A stretch of DNA of 64,000 bases from contig OZ024744.1 of assembly GCA_964016885.1 (NCBI GenBank), positions 9,052,001 through 9,116,000 of the forward strand, read 5' to 3'. Of the stretch, positions 36,301-51,300 are shown one piece after another. Source of the stretch: Eledone cirrhosa. Lineage: Eukaryota. Both the position numbers and the translations under genes were made by a program. Under the pieces are notes generated by a model. That model did not search any database. It saw nothing but the letters and a program-made list of their open reading frames with translations, and was not told where the DNA came from. Position 1 is the first letter of the stretch, and the number at the start of each line of letters is the position of its first letter.

Positions 36301-39300
36301 ACCAATGTCTACAACAACAACAACAGCGGCACCAATGCCTACAACAACAACAACAGCGGCACCAATGTCTACAACAACAACAACAGCGGCACCAATGTCT
36401 ACAACAACAACAACAGCGGCACCAATGTCTACAACAACAACAGCGGCACCAATGTCTACAACAACAACAACAGCGGCACCAATATCTACAACAACAACAA
36501 CAGCGGCACCAATGTCTACAACAACAACAACACCAGCACCAATGTCTACAACAACAACAACAGCAGCACCAATGTCTACAACAACAACAACAGCGGCACC
36601 AATGTCTACAACAACAGCAACAACAGCGGCACCAATGTCTACAACAACAACAGCGGCAAAAATGTCTACAACAACAACAACACCGGCACCAATGTCTACA
36701 ACAACAACAACAGCGGCACCAATGTCTACAACAACAACAACAACACCGGCATCAATGTCTACAACAACAACAACACCGGCACCAACGTCTACAACAACAA
36801 CAACAGGGGCACCAATGTCTACAACAACAATAACACCGGCACCAATGTCTACAACAACAACAACAGCGGCACCAATGTCTACAACAACAACAACAGGGGC
36901 ACCAATGTCTACAACAACAACAACAGCGGCACCAGTGTCTACAACAACAACAGCGGCACCAATGTCTACAACAACAACAACACCGGCACCAATGTCTACA
37001 ACAACAACAACAGCGGCACCAATGTCTACAACAACAACAACACCGGCACCAATATCTACAACAACAACAACAGCGGCACCAGTGTCTACAACAACAACAA
37101 CAGGGGCACCAACGTCTACAACAACAACAACAGGGGCACCAATGTCTACAACAACAACAACAGCGGCACCAATGTCTACAACAACAACAACAGCGGCACC
37201 AATGTCTACAACAACAACAACAGCGGCACCAATGTCTACAACAACAACAACAGCGGCACCAATGTCTACAACAACAACAACAACAGCGGCACCAATGTCT
37301 ACAACAACAACAACAGCGGCACCAATGTCTACAACAACAACAACAACAGCGGCACCAATGTCTACAACAACAACAACAGCGGCACCAATGTCTACAACAA
37401 CAACAACAACAGCGGCACCAATGTCTACAACAACAACAACAGCGGCACCAATGTCTACAACAACAACAACAACAGCGGCACCAATGTCTACAACAACAAC
37501 AACAACACCGGCACCAATATCTACAACAACAACAACACCGGCACCAATGTCTACAACAACAACAACAGCGGCACCAATGTCTACAACAACAACAACAACA
37601 CCGGCACCAATATCTACAACAACAACAACAACAGCGGCACCAATGTCTACAACAACAACAACAACAACAACAGCGGCACCAATGTCTACAACAACAACAA
37701 CACCGGCACCAATGTCTACAACAACAACGGCACCAATGTCTACAACAACAACAACAGCGGCACCAATGTCTACAACAACAACAACACCGGCACCAATGTC
37801 TACAACAACAACAACAGCGGCACCAATGCCTACAACAACAACAACAGCGGCACCAATGTCTACAACAACAACAACAGCGGCACCAATGTCTACAACAACA
37901 ACAACAGCGGCACCAATGTCTACAACTACAACAGCGGCACCAATGTCTACAACAACAACAACAGCGGCACCAATGTCTACAACAACAACAACACCGGCAC
38001 CAATGTCTACAACAACAACAACAACAGCGGCACCAACGTCTACAACAACAACATCAGCGGCACCAATGTCTACAACAACAACAACAGCGGCACCAATGTC
38101 TACATAAACAACAACAGCGGCACCAATGTCTACAACAACAACAACAGCGGCACCAATGTCTACAACAACAACAACAGTGGCACCAATGTCTACAACAACA
38201 ACAACAGCGGCACCAATGTCTACAACAACAACAACAGCGGCGCCAATGTCTACAACAACAACAACAACAGCGGCACCAATGTCTACAACAACAACAACAA
38301 CAGCGGCACCAATATCTACAACAACAACAACACCGGCACCAATATCTACAACAACAACAACACCGGCACCAATGTCTACAACAACAACAACAACAGCGGC
38401 ACCAATGTCTACAACAACAACAACAACAGCGGCACCAATGTCTACAACAACAACAACAGCGGCACCAATGTCTACAACAACAACAACAGCGGCACCAATG
38501 TCTACAACAACAACAACACCGGCACCAATGTCTACAACAACAACAACACCGGCACCAATGTCTACAACAACAACAACAACAGCAGCACCAATGTCTACAA
38601 CAACAACTCCGGCACCAATGTCTACAACAACAACAGCGGCACCAATGTCTACAACAACAACAACAGCGGCACCAATGTCTACAACAACAACAACAGCGGC
38701 ACCAATGTCTACCACAACAACAACAGCGGCACCAATGTCTACAACAACAACAACAGCGGCACCAATGTCTACAACAACAACAACAACACCGGCACCAATG
38801 TCTACAACAACAACAACAGCGGCACCAATGTCTACAACAACAACAACAACACCGGCACCAATGTCTACAACAACAACAACAGCGGCACCAATGTCTACAA
38901 CAACAGCAACAACAGCGGCACCAATGTCTACAACAACAACAGCGGCACCAATGTCTACAACAACAACAACAACACCGGCACCAATGTCTATAACAACAAC
39001 AACAGCGGCACCAATGTCTACAACAACAACAACAGCGGCACCAATGTCTACAACAACAACAACAGCGGCACCAATGTCTACAACAACAACAACAACAGCG
39101 GCACCAATGTCTACAACAACAACAGCGGCACCAATGTCTACAACAACAACAATAACAGCGGCACCAATGTCTACAACAACAACAACAGCGGCACCAATGT
39201 CTACAACAACAGCAACAACAGCGGCACCAGTGTCTACAACAACAACAGCGGCACCAATGTCTACAACAACATCAACACCGGCACCAATGTCTACAACAAC

Positions 39301-42300
39301 AACAACAGCGGCACCAATGTCTACAACAACAACAACAGCGGCACCAATGTCTACAACAACAACAACAGCGGCACCAATGTCTACAACAACAACAACAACA
39401 GCGGCACCAATGTCTACAACAACAACAACAACACCGGCACCAATGTCTACAACAACAACAACAGCGGCACCAATGTCTACAACAACAACAACAGCGGCAC
39501 CAATGTCTACAACAACAACAACACCGGCACCAATGTCTACAACAACAACAACAGCGGCACCAATGTCTACAACAACAACAACAGCGGCACCAATGTCTAC
39601 AACAACAACAACAACAGCGGCACCAATGTCTACAACAACAACAACAACAACGGCACCAATGTCTACAACAACAACAACAGCGGCACCAATGTCTACAACA
39701 ACAACAACAACACCGGCACCAATGTCTACAACAACAACAACAGCGGCACCAATGTCTACAACAACAGCAACAACAGCGGCACCAGTGTCTACAACAACAA
39801 CAGCGGCACCAATGTCTACAACAACAACAACACCGGCACCAATGTCTACAACAACAACAACAACAGCGGCACCAATGTCTACAACAACAACAACAGCGGC
39901 ACCAATGTCTACAACAACAACAACAGCGGCACCAATGTCTACAACAACAACAACAGCGGCACCAATGTCTACAACAACAACAACACCGGCACCAATGTCT
40001 ACAACAACAACAACAACAGCGGCACCAATGTCTACAACAACAACAACAGCGGCACCAATGTCTACAACAACAACAACACCGGCACCAATGTCTACAACAA
40101 CAACAACAGCGGCACCAATGTCTACAACAACAACAACAGCGGCACCAATGTCTACAACAACAACAACAGCGGCACCAATGTCTACAACAACAACACCGGC
40201 ACCAATGTCTACAACAACAACAACAGCGGCACTAATGTCTACAACAACAACAACAACAGCGGCACCAATGTCTACAACAACAACACGGGCACCAATGTCT
40301 ACAACAACAACAACAGCGGCACCAATGTCTACAACAACAACAAAACCGGCACCAATGTCTACAACAACAACAACAGCGGCACCAATGTCTACAACAACAA
40401 CAACACCGGCACCAATGTCTACAACAACAACAACAGCGGCACCAATGTCTACAACAACAACAACAGCGGCACCAATGTCTACAACAACAACAACACAGGC
40501 ACCAATGTCTACAACAACAACAACACAGGCACCAATGTCTACAACAACAACAACAACAGCGGCACCAATGTCTACAACAACAACAACAGCGGCACCAATG
40601 TCTACAACAACAACAACAACAGCGGCACCAATGTCTACAACAACAACAACACCGGCACCAATGTCTACAACAACAACGGCACCAATGTCTACAACAACAA
40701 CAACAGCGGCACCAATGTCTACAACAACAACAACACCGGCACCAATGTCTACAACAACAACAACAGCGGCACCAATGCCTACAACAACAACAACAGCGGC
40801 ACCAATGTCTACAACAACAACAACAGCGGCACCAATGTCTACAACAACAACAACAGCGGCACCAATGTCTACAACAACAACAGCGGCACCAATGTCTACA
40901 ACAACAACAACAGCGGCACCAATATCTACAACAACAACAACAGCGGCACCAATGTCTACAACAACAACAACACCAGCACCAATGTCTACAACAACAACAA
41001 CAGCAGCACCAATGTCTACAACAACAACAACAGCGGCACCAATGTCTACAACAACAGCAACAACAGCGGCACCAATGTCTACAACAACAACAGCGGCAAA
41101 AATGTCTACAACAACAACAACACCGGCACCAATGTCTACAACAACAACAACAGCGGCACCAATGTCTACAACAACAACAACAACACCGGCATCAATGTCT
41201 ACAACAACAACAACACCGGCACCAACGTCTACAACAACAACAACAGGGGCACCAATGTCTACAACAACAATAACACCGGCACCAATGTCTACAACAACAA
41301 CAACAGCGGCACCAATGTCTACAACAACAACAACAGGGGCACCAATGTCTACAACAACAACAACAGCGGCACCAGTGTCTACAACAACAACAGCGGCACC
41401 AATGTCTACAACAACAACAACACCGGCACCAATGTCTACAACAACAACAACAGCGGCACCAATGTCTACAACAACAACAACACCGGCACCAATATCTACA
41501 ACAACAACAACAGCGGCACCAGTGTCTACAACAACAACAACAGGGGCACCAACGTCTACAACAACAACAACAGGGGCACCAATGTCTACAACAACAACAA
41601 CAGCGGCACCAATGTCTACAACAACAACAACAGCGGCACCAATGTCTACAACAACAACAACAGCGGCACCAATGTCTACAACAACAACAACAGCGGCACC
41701 AATGTCTACAACAACAACAACAACAGCGGCACCAATGTCTACAACAACAACAACAGCGGCACCAATGTCTACAACAACAACAACAACAGCGGCACCAATG
41801 TCTACAACAACAACAACAGCGGCACCAATGTCTACAACAACAACAACAACAGCGGCACCAATGTCTACAACAACAACAACAGCGGCACCAATGTCTACAA
41901 CAACAACAACAACAGCGGCACCAATGTCTACAACAACAACAACAACACCGGCACCAATATCTACAACAACAACAACACCGGCACCAATGTCTACAACAAC
42001 AACAACAGCGGCACCAATGTCTACAACAACAACAACAACACCGGCACCAATATCTACAACAACAACAACAACAGCGGCACCAATGTCTACAACAACAACA
42101 ACAACAACAACAGCGGCACCAATGTCTACAACAACAACAACACCGGCACCAATGTCTACAACAACAACGGCACCAATGTCTACAACAACAACAACAGCGG
42201 CACCAATGTCTACAACAACAACAACACCGGCACCAATGTCTACAACAACAACAACAGCGGCACCAATGCCTACAACAACAACAACAGCGGCACCAATGTC

Positions 42301-45300
42301 TACAACAACAACAACAGCGGCACCAATGTCTACAACAACAACAACAGCGGCACCAATGTCTACAACAACAACAGCGGCACCAATGTCTACAACAACAACA
42401 ACAGCGGCACCAATATCTACAACAACAACAACAGCGGCACCAATGTCTACAACAACAACAACACCAGCACCAATGTCTACAACAACAACAACAGCAGCAC
42501 CAATGTCTACAACAACAACAACAGCGGCACCAATGTCTACAACAACAACAACACCGGCACCAATGTCTACAACAACAACAACAACAGCGGCACCAACGTC
42601 TACAACAACAACATCAGCGGCACCAATGTCTACAACAACAACAACAGCGGCACCAATGTCTACATAAACAACAACAGCGGCACCAATGTCTACAACAACA
42701 ACAACAGCGGCACCAATGTCTACAACAACAACAACAGTGGCACCAATGTCTACAACAACAACAACAGCGGCACCAATGTCTACAACAACAACAACAGCGG
42801 CGCCAATGTCTACAACAACAACAACAACAGCGGCACCAATGTCTACAACAACAACAACAACAGCGGCACCAATATCTACAACAACAACAACACCGGCACC
42901 AATATCTACAACAACAACAACACCGGCACCAATGTCTACAACAACAACAACAACAGCGGCACCAATGTCTACAACAACAACAACAACAGCGGCACCAATG
43001 TCTACAACAACAACAACAGCGGCACCAATGTCTACAACAACAACAACAGCGGCACCAATGTCTACAACAACAACAACACCGGCACCAATGTCTACAACAA
43101 CAACAGTGGCACCAATGTCTACAACAACAACAACAGCGGCACCAATGTCTACAACAACAACAACAGCGGCACCAATGTCTACAACAACAACAACACCGGC
43201 ACCAATGTCTACAACAACAACAGTGGCACCAATGTCTACAACAACAGCAACAACAGCGGCACCAATGTCTACAACAACAACAACAGCGGCACCAATGTCT
43301 ACAACAACAGCAACAGCGGCACCAATGTCTACAACAACAACAACAGCGGCACCAATGTCTACAACAACAACAACAGCGGCACCAATGTCTACAACAACAA
43401 CAACAGCGGCACCAATGTCTACAACAACAACAACAGCGGCACCAATGTCTACAACAACAACAACAGCGGCACCAATGTCTACAACAACAACAACAGCGGC
43501 ACCAATGTCTACAACAACAGCAACAGCGGCACCAATGTCTACAACAACAGCAACAGCGGCACCAATGTCTACAACAACAACAACAGCGGCACCAATATCT
43601 ACAACACCAACAACAACGGCACCAATGTCTACAACAACAACAACAGCGGCACCAATGTCTACAACAACAACAACAGCGGCACCAATGTCTACAACAACAA
43701 CAACAACACCGGCACCAATGTCTACAACAACAACAACAGCGGCACCAATGTCTACAACAACAACAACAACACCGGCACCAAAGTCTACAACAACAACAAC
43801 AGCGGCACCAATATCTACAACAACAACAACAGCGGCACCAATGTCTACAACAACAACAACACCGGCACCAATGTCTACAACAACAACAACAGCGGCACCA
43901 ATGTCTACAACAACAACAACAGCGGCACCAACGTCTACAACAACAACAACAGCGGCACCAGTGTCTACAAAAACAACAACAGCGGCACCAATGTCTACAA
44001 CAACAACAACAGCGGCACCAATGTCTACAACAACAACAACAACAGCAGCACCAATGTCTACAACAACAACAACAGCGGCACCAATGTCTACAACAACAAC
44101 AACAACAGCAGCACCAATGTCTACAACAACAACAACAACTCCGGCACCAATGTCTACAACAACAACAGCGGCACCAATGTCTACAACAACAACAACAGCG
44201 GCACCAATGTCTACAACAACAACAACAGCGGCACCAATGTCTACAACAACAACAACACCGGCACCAATGTCTACAACAACAACAACAACACCGGCACCAA
44301 TGTCTACAACAACAACAACAGCGGCACCAATGTCTACAACAACAACAACACCGGCACCAATGTCTACAACAACAACAGTGGCACCAATGTCTACAACAAC
44401 AACAACACCGGCACCAATGTCTACAACAACAACAACACCGGCACCAATGTCTACAACAACAACAACAACAGCAGCACCAATGTCTACAACAACAACAACA
44501 ACTCCGGCACCAATGTCTACAACAACAACAGCGGCACCAATGTCTACAACAACAACAACGGCGGCACCAATGTCTACAACAACAACAACAGCGTTACCAA
44601 TGTCTACAACAACAACAACAGCGGCACCAATGTCTACAACAACAACAACAGCGGCACCAATGTCTACAACAACAACAACAACACCGGCACCAATGTCTAC
44701 AACAACAACAACAGCGGCACCAATGTCTACAACAACAACAACAACACCGGCACCAATGTCTACAACAACAACAACAGCGGCACCAATGTCTACAACAACA
44801 GCAACAACAGCGGCACCAATGTCTACAACAACAACAGCGGCACCAATGTCTACAACAACAACAACAACACCGGCACCAATGTCTACAACAACAACAACAG
44901 CGGCACCAATGTCTACATCAACAACAACAGCGGCATCAATGTATACAACAACAACAACAGCGGCACCAATGTCTACAACAACAGCAACAACAGCGGCACC
45001 AATGTCTACAACAACAACAATAACAGCGGCACCAATGTCTACAACAACAACAACAGCGGCACCAATGTCTACAACAACAGCAACAACAACGGCACCAGTG
45101 TCTACAACAACAACAGCGGCACCAATGTCTACAACAACATCAACACCGGCACCAATGTCTACAACAACAACAACAGCGGCACCAATGTCTACAACAACAA
45201 CAACAGCGGCACCAATGTCTACAACAACAACAACAGCGGCACCAATGTCTACAACAACAACAACAACAGCGGCACCAATGTCTACAACAACAACAACAAC

Positions 45301-48300
45301 ACCGGCACCAATTTCTACAACAACAACAACAGCGGCACCAATGTCTACAACAACAACAACAGCGGCACCAATGTCTACAACAACAACAACACCGGCACCA
45401 ATGTCTACAACAACAACAACAGCGGCACCAATGTCTACAACAACAACAACAGCGGCACCAATGTCTACAACAACAACAACAACAGCGGCACCAATGTCTA
45501 CAACAACAACAACAACAACGGCACCAATGTCTACAACAACAACAACAGCGGCACCAATGTCTACAACAACAACAACAACACCGGCACCAATGTCTACAAC
45601 AACAACAACAGCGGCACCAATGTCTACAACAACAGCAACAACAGCGGCACCAGTGTCTACAACAACAACAGCGGCACCAATGTCTACAACAACAACAACA
45701 CCGGCACCAATGTCTACAACAACAACAACAACAGCGGCACCAATGTCTACAACAACAACAACAGCGGCACCAATGTCTACAACAACAACAACAGCGGCAC
45801 CAATGTCTACAACAACAACAACAGCGGCACCAATGTCTACAACAACAACAACAGCGGCACCAATGTCTACAACAACAACAACACCGGCACCAATGTCTAC
45901 AACAACAACAACAACAGCGGCACCAATGTCTACAACAACAACAACAGCGGCACCAATGTCTACAACAACAACAACACCGGCACCAATGTCTACAACAACA
46001 ACAACAGCGGCACCAATGTCTACAACAACAACAACAGCGGCACCAATGTCTACAACAACAACAACAGCGGCACCAATGTCTACAACAACAACACCGGCAC
46101 CAATGTCTACAACAACAACAACAGCGGCACTAATGTCTACAACAACAACAACAACAGCGGTACCAATGTCTACAACAACAACAACAGCGGCACCAATGTC
46201 TACAACAACAACACGGGCACCAATGTCTACAACAACAACAACAGCGGCACCAATGTCTACAACAACAACAACACCGGCACCAATGTCTACAACAACAACA
46301 ACAGCGGCACCAATGTCTACAACAACAACAACACCGGCACCAATGTCTACAACAACAACAACAGCGGCACCAATGTCTACAACAACAACAACAGCGGCAC
46401 CAATGTCTACAACAACAACAACACAGGCACCAATGTCTACAACAACAACAACACAGGCACCAATGTCTACAACAACAACAACAGCGGCACCAATGTCTAC
46501 AACAACAACAACAGCGGCACCAATGTCTACAACAACAACAACAACAGCGGCACCAATGTCTACAACAACAACAACACCGGCACCAATGTCTACAACAACA
46601 ACAACAGCGGCACCAATGTCTACAACAACAACAACAGCGGCACCAATGTCTACAACAACAACAACAGCGGCACCAATGTCTACAACAACAACAACAGCGG
46701 CACCAATGTCTACAACAACAACAACAACAGCGGCACCAATGTCTACAACAACAACAACACAGGCACCAATGTCTACAACAACAACAACACCGGCACCAAT
46801 GTCTACAACAACAACATCAGCGGCACCAATGTCTACAACAACAACAACACCGGCACCAACGTCTACAACAACAACAACAGCGGCACCAATGTCTACAACA
46901 ACAACAACACCGGCACCAATATCTACAACAACAACAACAGCGGCACCAATGTCTACAACAACAACAACAGCGGCACCAATGTCTACAACAACAACACCGG
47001 CACCAATGTCTACAACAACAACAACAGCGGCACCAATGTCTACAACAACAACAACAGTGGCACCAATGTCTACAACAACAACAACAGCGGCACCAATGTC
47101 TACAACAACAACAACAGCGGCACGAATGTCTACAACAACAACAACAACTCCGGCACCAATATCTACAACAACAACAACAACAGCGGCACCAATGTCTACA
47201 ACAACAACAACAGCGGCACCAATGTCTACAACAACAACAACAACAACAACACCGGCACCAATGTCTACAACAACAACAACAACAACAACACCGGCACCAA
47301 TGTCTACAACAACAACAACAGTGGCACCAATGTCTACAACAACAACAACAGCGGCACCAATGTCTACAACAACAACAACAGTGGCACCAATGTCTACAAC
47401 AACAACAACAGCGGCACCAATGTCTACAACAACAACAACAGCGGCACGAATGTCTACAACAACAACAACAACTCCGGCACCAATATCTACAACAACAACA
47501 ACAACACCGGCACCAATGTCTACAACAACAACAACAGCGGCACCAATGTCTACAACAACAACAACAGCGGCACCAATGTCTACAACAACAACAACAACAA
47601 CACCGGCACCAATGTCTACAACAACAACAACACCGGCACCAATGTCTACAACAACAACAACAGCGGCACCAATGTCTACAACAACAACAACAACAGCAGC
47701 ACCAATGTCTACAACAACAACAACAGCGGCACCAATGTCTACAACAACAACAACAACAGCGGCACCAATGTCTACAACAACAACAACAACAGCGGCACCA
47801 ATGTCTACAACAACAACAACAACACCGGCACCAATGTCTACAACAACAGCAACAACAGCGGCACCAATGTCTACAACAACAACAACAACACCGGCACCAA
47901 TGTCTACAACAACAACAACAACACCGGCACCAATGTCTACAACAACAGCAACAACAGCGGCACCAATGTCTACAACAACAACAACAACACCGGCACCAAT
48001 GTCTACAACAACAGCAACAACAGCGGCACCAATGTCTACAACAACAACAACAGCGGCACCAATGTCTACAACAACAGCAACAACAGCGGCACCAATGTCT
48101 ACAACAACAACAACAACACCGGCACCAATGTCTACAACAACAACAACAACAGCGGCACCAATGTCTACAACAACAACAACAACACCGGCACCAATGTCTA
48201 CAACAACAACAACAACACCGGCACCAATGTCTACAACAACAACAACAACAGCGGCACCAATGTCTACAACAACAACAACAACACCGGCACCAATGTCTAC

Positions 48301-51300
48301 AACAACAACAACAACACCGGCACCAATGTCTACAACAACAGCAACAACAGCGGCACCAATGTCTACAACAACAACAACAACACCGGCACCAATGTCTACA
48401 ACAACAACAACAGCGGCACCAATGTCTACAACAACAACAACAACACCGGCACCAATGTCTACAACAACAACAACAACAGCGGCACCAATATCTACAACAA
48501 CAACAACAACACCGGCACCAATGTCTACAACAACAACAACAACACCGGCACCAATGTCTACAACAACAACAACAACAGCGGCACCAATGTCTACAACAAC
48601 AACAACAACACCGGCACCAATGTCTACAACAACAACAACAACACCGGCACCAATGTCTACAACAACAACAACAGCGGCACCAATGTCTACAACAACAACA
48701 ACAACAGCGGCACCAATGTCTACAACAACAACAACAACAGCGGCACCAATGTCTACAACAACAACAACAACACCGGCACCAATGTCTACAACAACAACAA
48801 CAGCGGCACCAATGTCTACAACAACAACAACAACAGCGGCACCAATGTCTACAACAACAACAACAACAACAACAGCGGCACCAATGTCTACAACAACAAC
48901 AACAACAGCGGCACCAATGTCTACAACAACAACAACAACAGCGGCACCAATGTCTACAACAACAACAACAACACCGGCACCAATGTCTACAACAACAACA
49001 ACAACAGCGGCACCAATGTCTACAACAACAACAACAACAGCGGCACCAATGTCTACAACAACAACAGCGGCACCAATGTCTACAACAACAACAACAACAG
49101 CGGCACCAATGTCTACAACAACAACAATAACAGCGGCACCAATGTCTACAACAACAACAACAGCGGCACCAATGTCTACAACAACAACAACAACACCGGC
49201 ACCAATGTCTACAACAACAATAACAACAGCGGCACCAATGTCTACAACAACAACAACAACACCGGCACCAATGTCTACAACAACAACAACAGCGGCACCA
49301 ATGTCTACAACAACAACAACAACAGCGGCACCAATGTCTACAACAACAACAACAACAGCGGCACCAATGTCTACAACAACAACAACAACAGCGGCACCAA
49401 TGTCTACAACAACAACAACAACAGCGGCACCAATGTCTACAACAACAACAACAACAACAACAGCGGCACCAATGTCTACAACAACAACAACAACAGCGGC
49501 ACCAATGTCTACAACAACAACAATAACAGCGGCACCAATGTCTACAACAACAACAACAACAGCGGCACCAATGTCTACAACAACAACAACAGCGGCACCA
49601 ATGTCTACAACAACAACAACAACAACACCGGCACCAATGTCTACAACAACAACAACACCGGCACCAATGTCTACAACAACAACAACAGCGGCACCAATGT
49701 CTACAACAACAACAACAACAGCGGCACCAATGTCTACAACAACAACAACAGCGGCACCAATGTCTACAACAACAACAACAACAGCGGCACCAATGTCTAC
49801 AACAACAACAACAACAGCGGCACCAATGTCTACAACAACAACAACAACACCGGCACCAATGTCTACAACAACAGCAACAACAGCGGCACCAATGTCTACA
49901 ACAACAACAACAACACCGGCACCAATGTCTACAACAACAACAACAACACCGGCACCAATGTCTACAACAACAGCAACAACAGCGGCACCAATGTCTACAA
50001 CAACAACAACAACACCGGCACCAATGTCTACAACAACAGCAACAACAGCGGCACCAATGTCTACAACAACAACAACAGCGGCACCAATGTCTACAACAAC
50101 AGCAACAACAGCGGCACCAATGTCTACAACAACAACAACAACACCGGCACCAATGTCTACAACAACAACAACAACAGCGGCACCAATGTCTACAACAACA
50201 ACAACAACACCGGCACCAATGTCTACAACAACAACAACAACACCGGCACCAATGTCTACAACAACAACAACAACAGCGGCACCAATGTCTACAACAACAA
50301 CAACAACACCGGCACCAATGTCTACAACAACAACAACAACACCGGCACCAATGTCTACAACAACAGCAACAACAGCGGCACCAATGTCTACAACAACAAC
50401 AACAACACCGGCACCAATGTCTACAACAACAACAGCGGCACCAATGTCTACAACAACAACAACAACACCGGCACCAATGTCTACAACAACAACAACAACA
50501 GCGGCACCAATATCTACAACAACAACAACAACACCGGCACCAATGTCTACAACAACAACAACAACACCGGCACCAATGTCTACAACAACAACAACAACAG
50601 CGGCACCAATGTCTACAACAACAACAACAACACCGGCACCAATGTCTACAACAACAACAACAACACCGGCACCAATGTCTACAACAACAACAACAGCGGC
50701 ACCAATGTCTACAACAACAACAACAACAGCGGCACCAATGTCTACAACAACAACAACAACAGCGGCACCAATGTCTACAACAACAACAACAACACCGGCA
50801 CCAATGTCTACAACAACAACAACAGCGGCACCAATGTCTACAACAACAACAACAACAGCGGCACCAATGTCTACAACAACAACAACAACAACAACAGCGG
50901 CACCAATGTCTACAACAACAACAACAACAGCGGCACCAATGTCTACAACAACAACAACAACAGCGGCACCAATGTCTACAACAACAACAACAACACCGGC
51001 ACCAATGTCTACAACAACAACAACAACAGCGGCACCAATGTCTACAACAACAACAACAACAGCGGCACCAATGTCTACAACAACAACAACAACAACAACA
51101 GCGGCACCAATGTCTACAACAACAACAACAACAGCGGCACCAATGTCTACAACAACAACAATAACAGCGGCACCAATGTCTACAACAACAACAACAGCGG
51201 CACCAATGTCTACAACAACAACAACAACACCGGCACCAATGTCTACAACAACAATAACAACAGCGGCACCAATGTCTACAACAACAACAACAACACCGGC

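Noticed and set aside
17593-38715. 7040-aa Val-rich minus-strand ORF as a real gene
   Set aside because: It is the antisense reading of the minisatellite. It starts at a chance GTG variant, its codons cannot reach a stop in one step and it has no domains.
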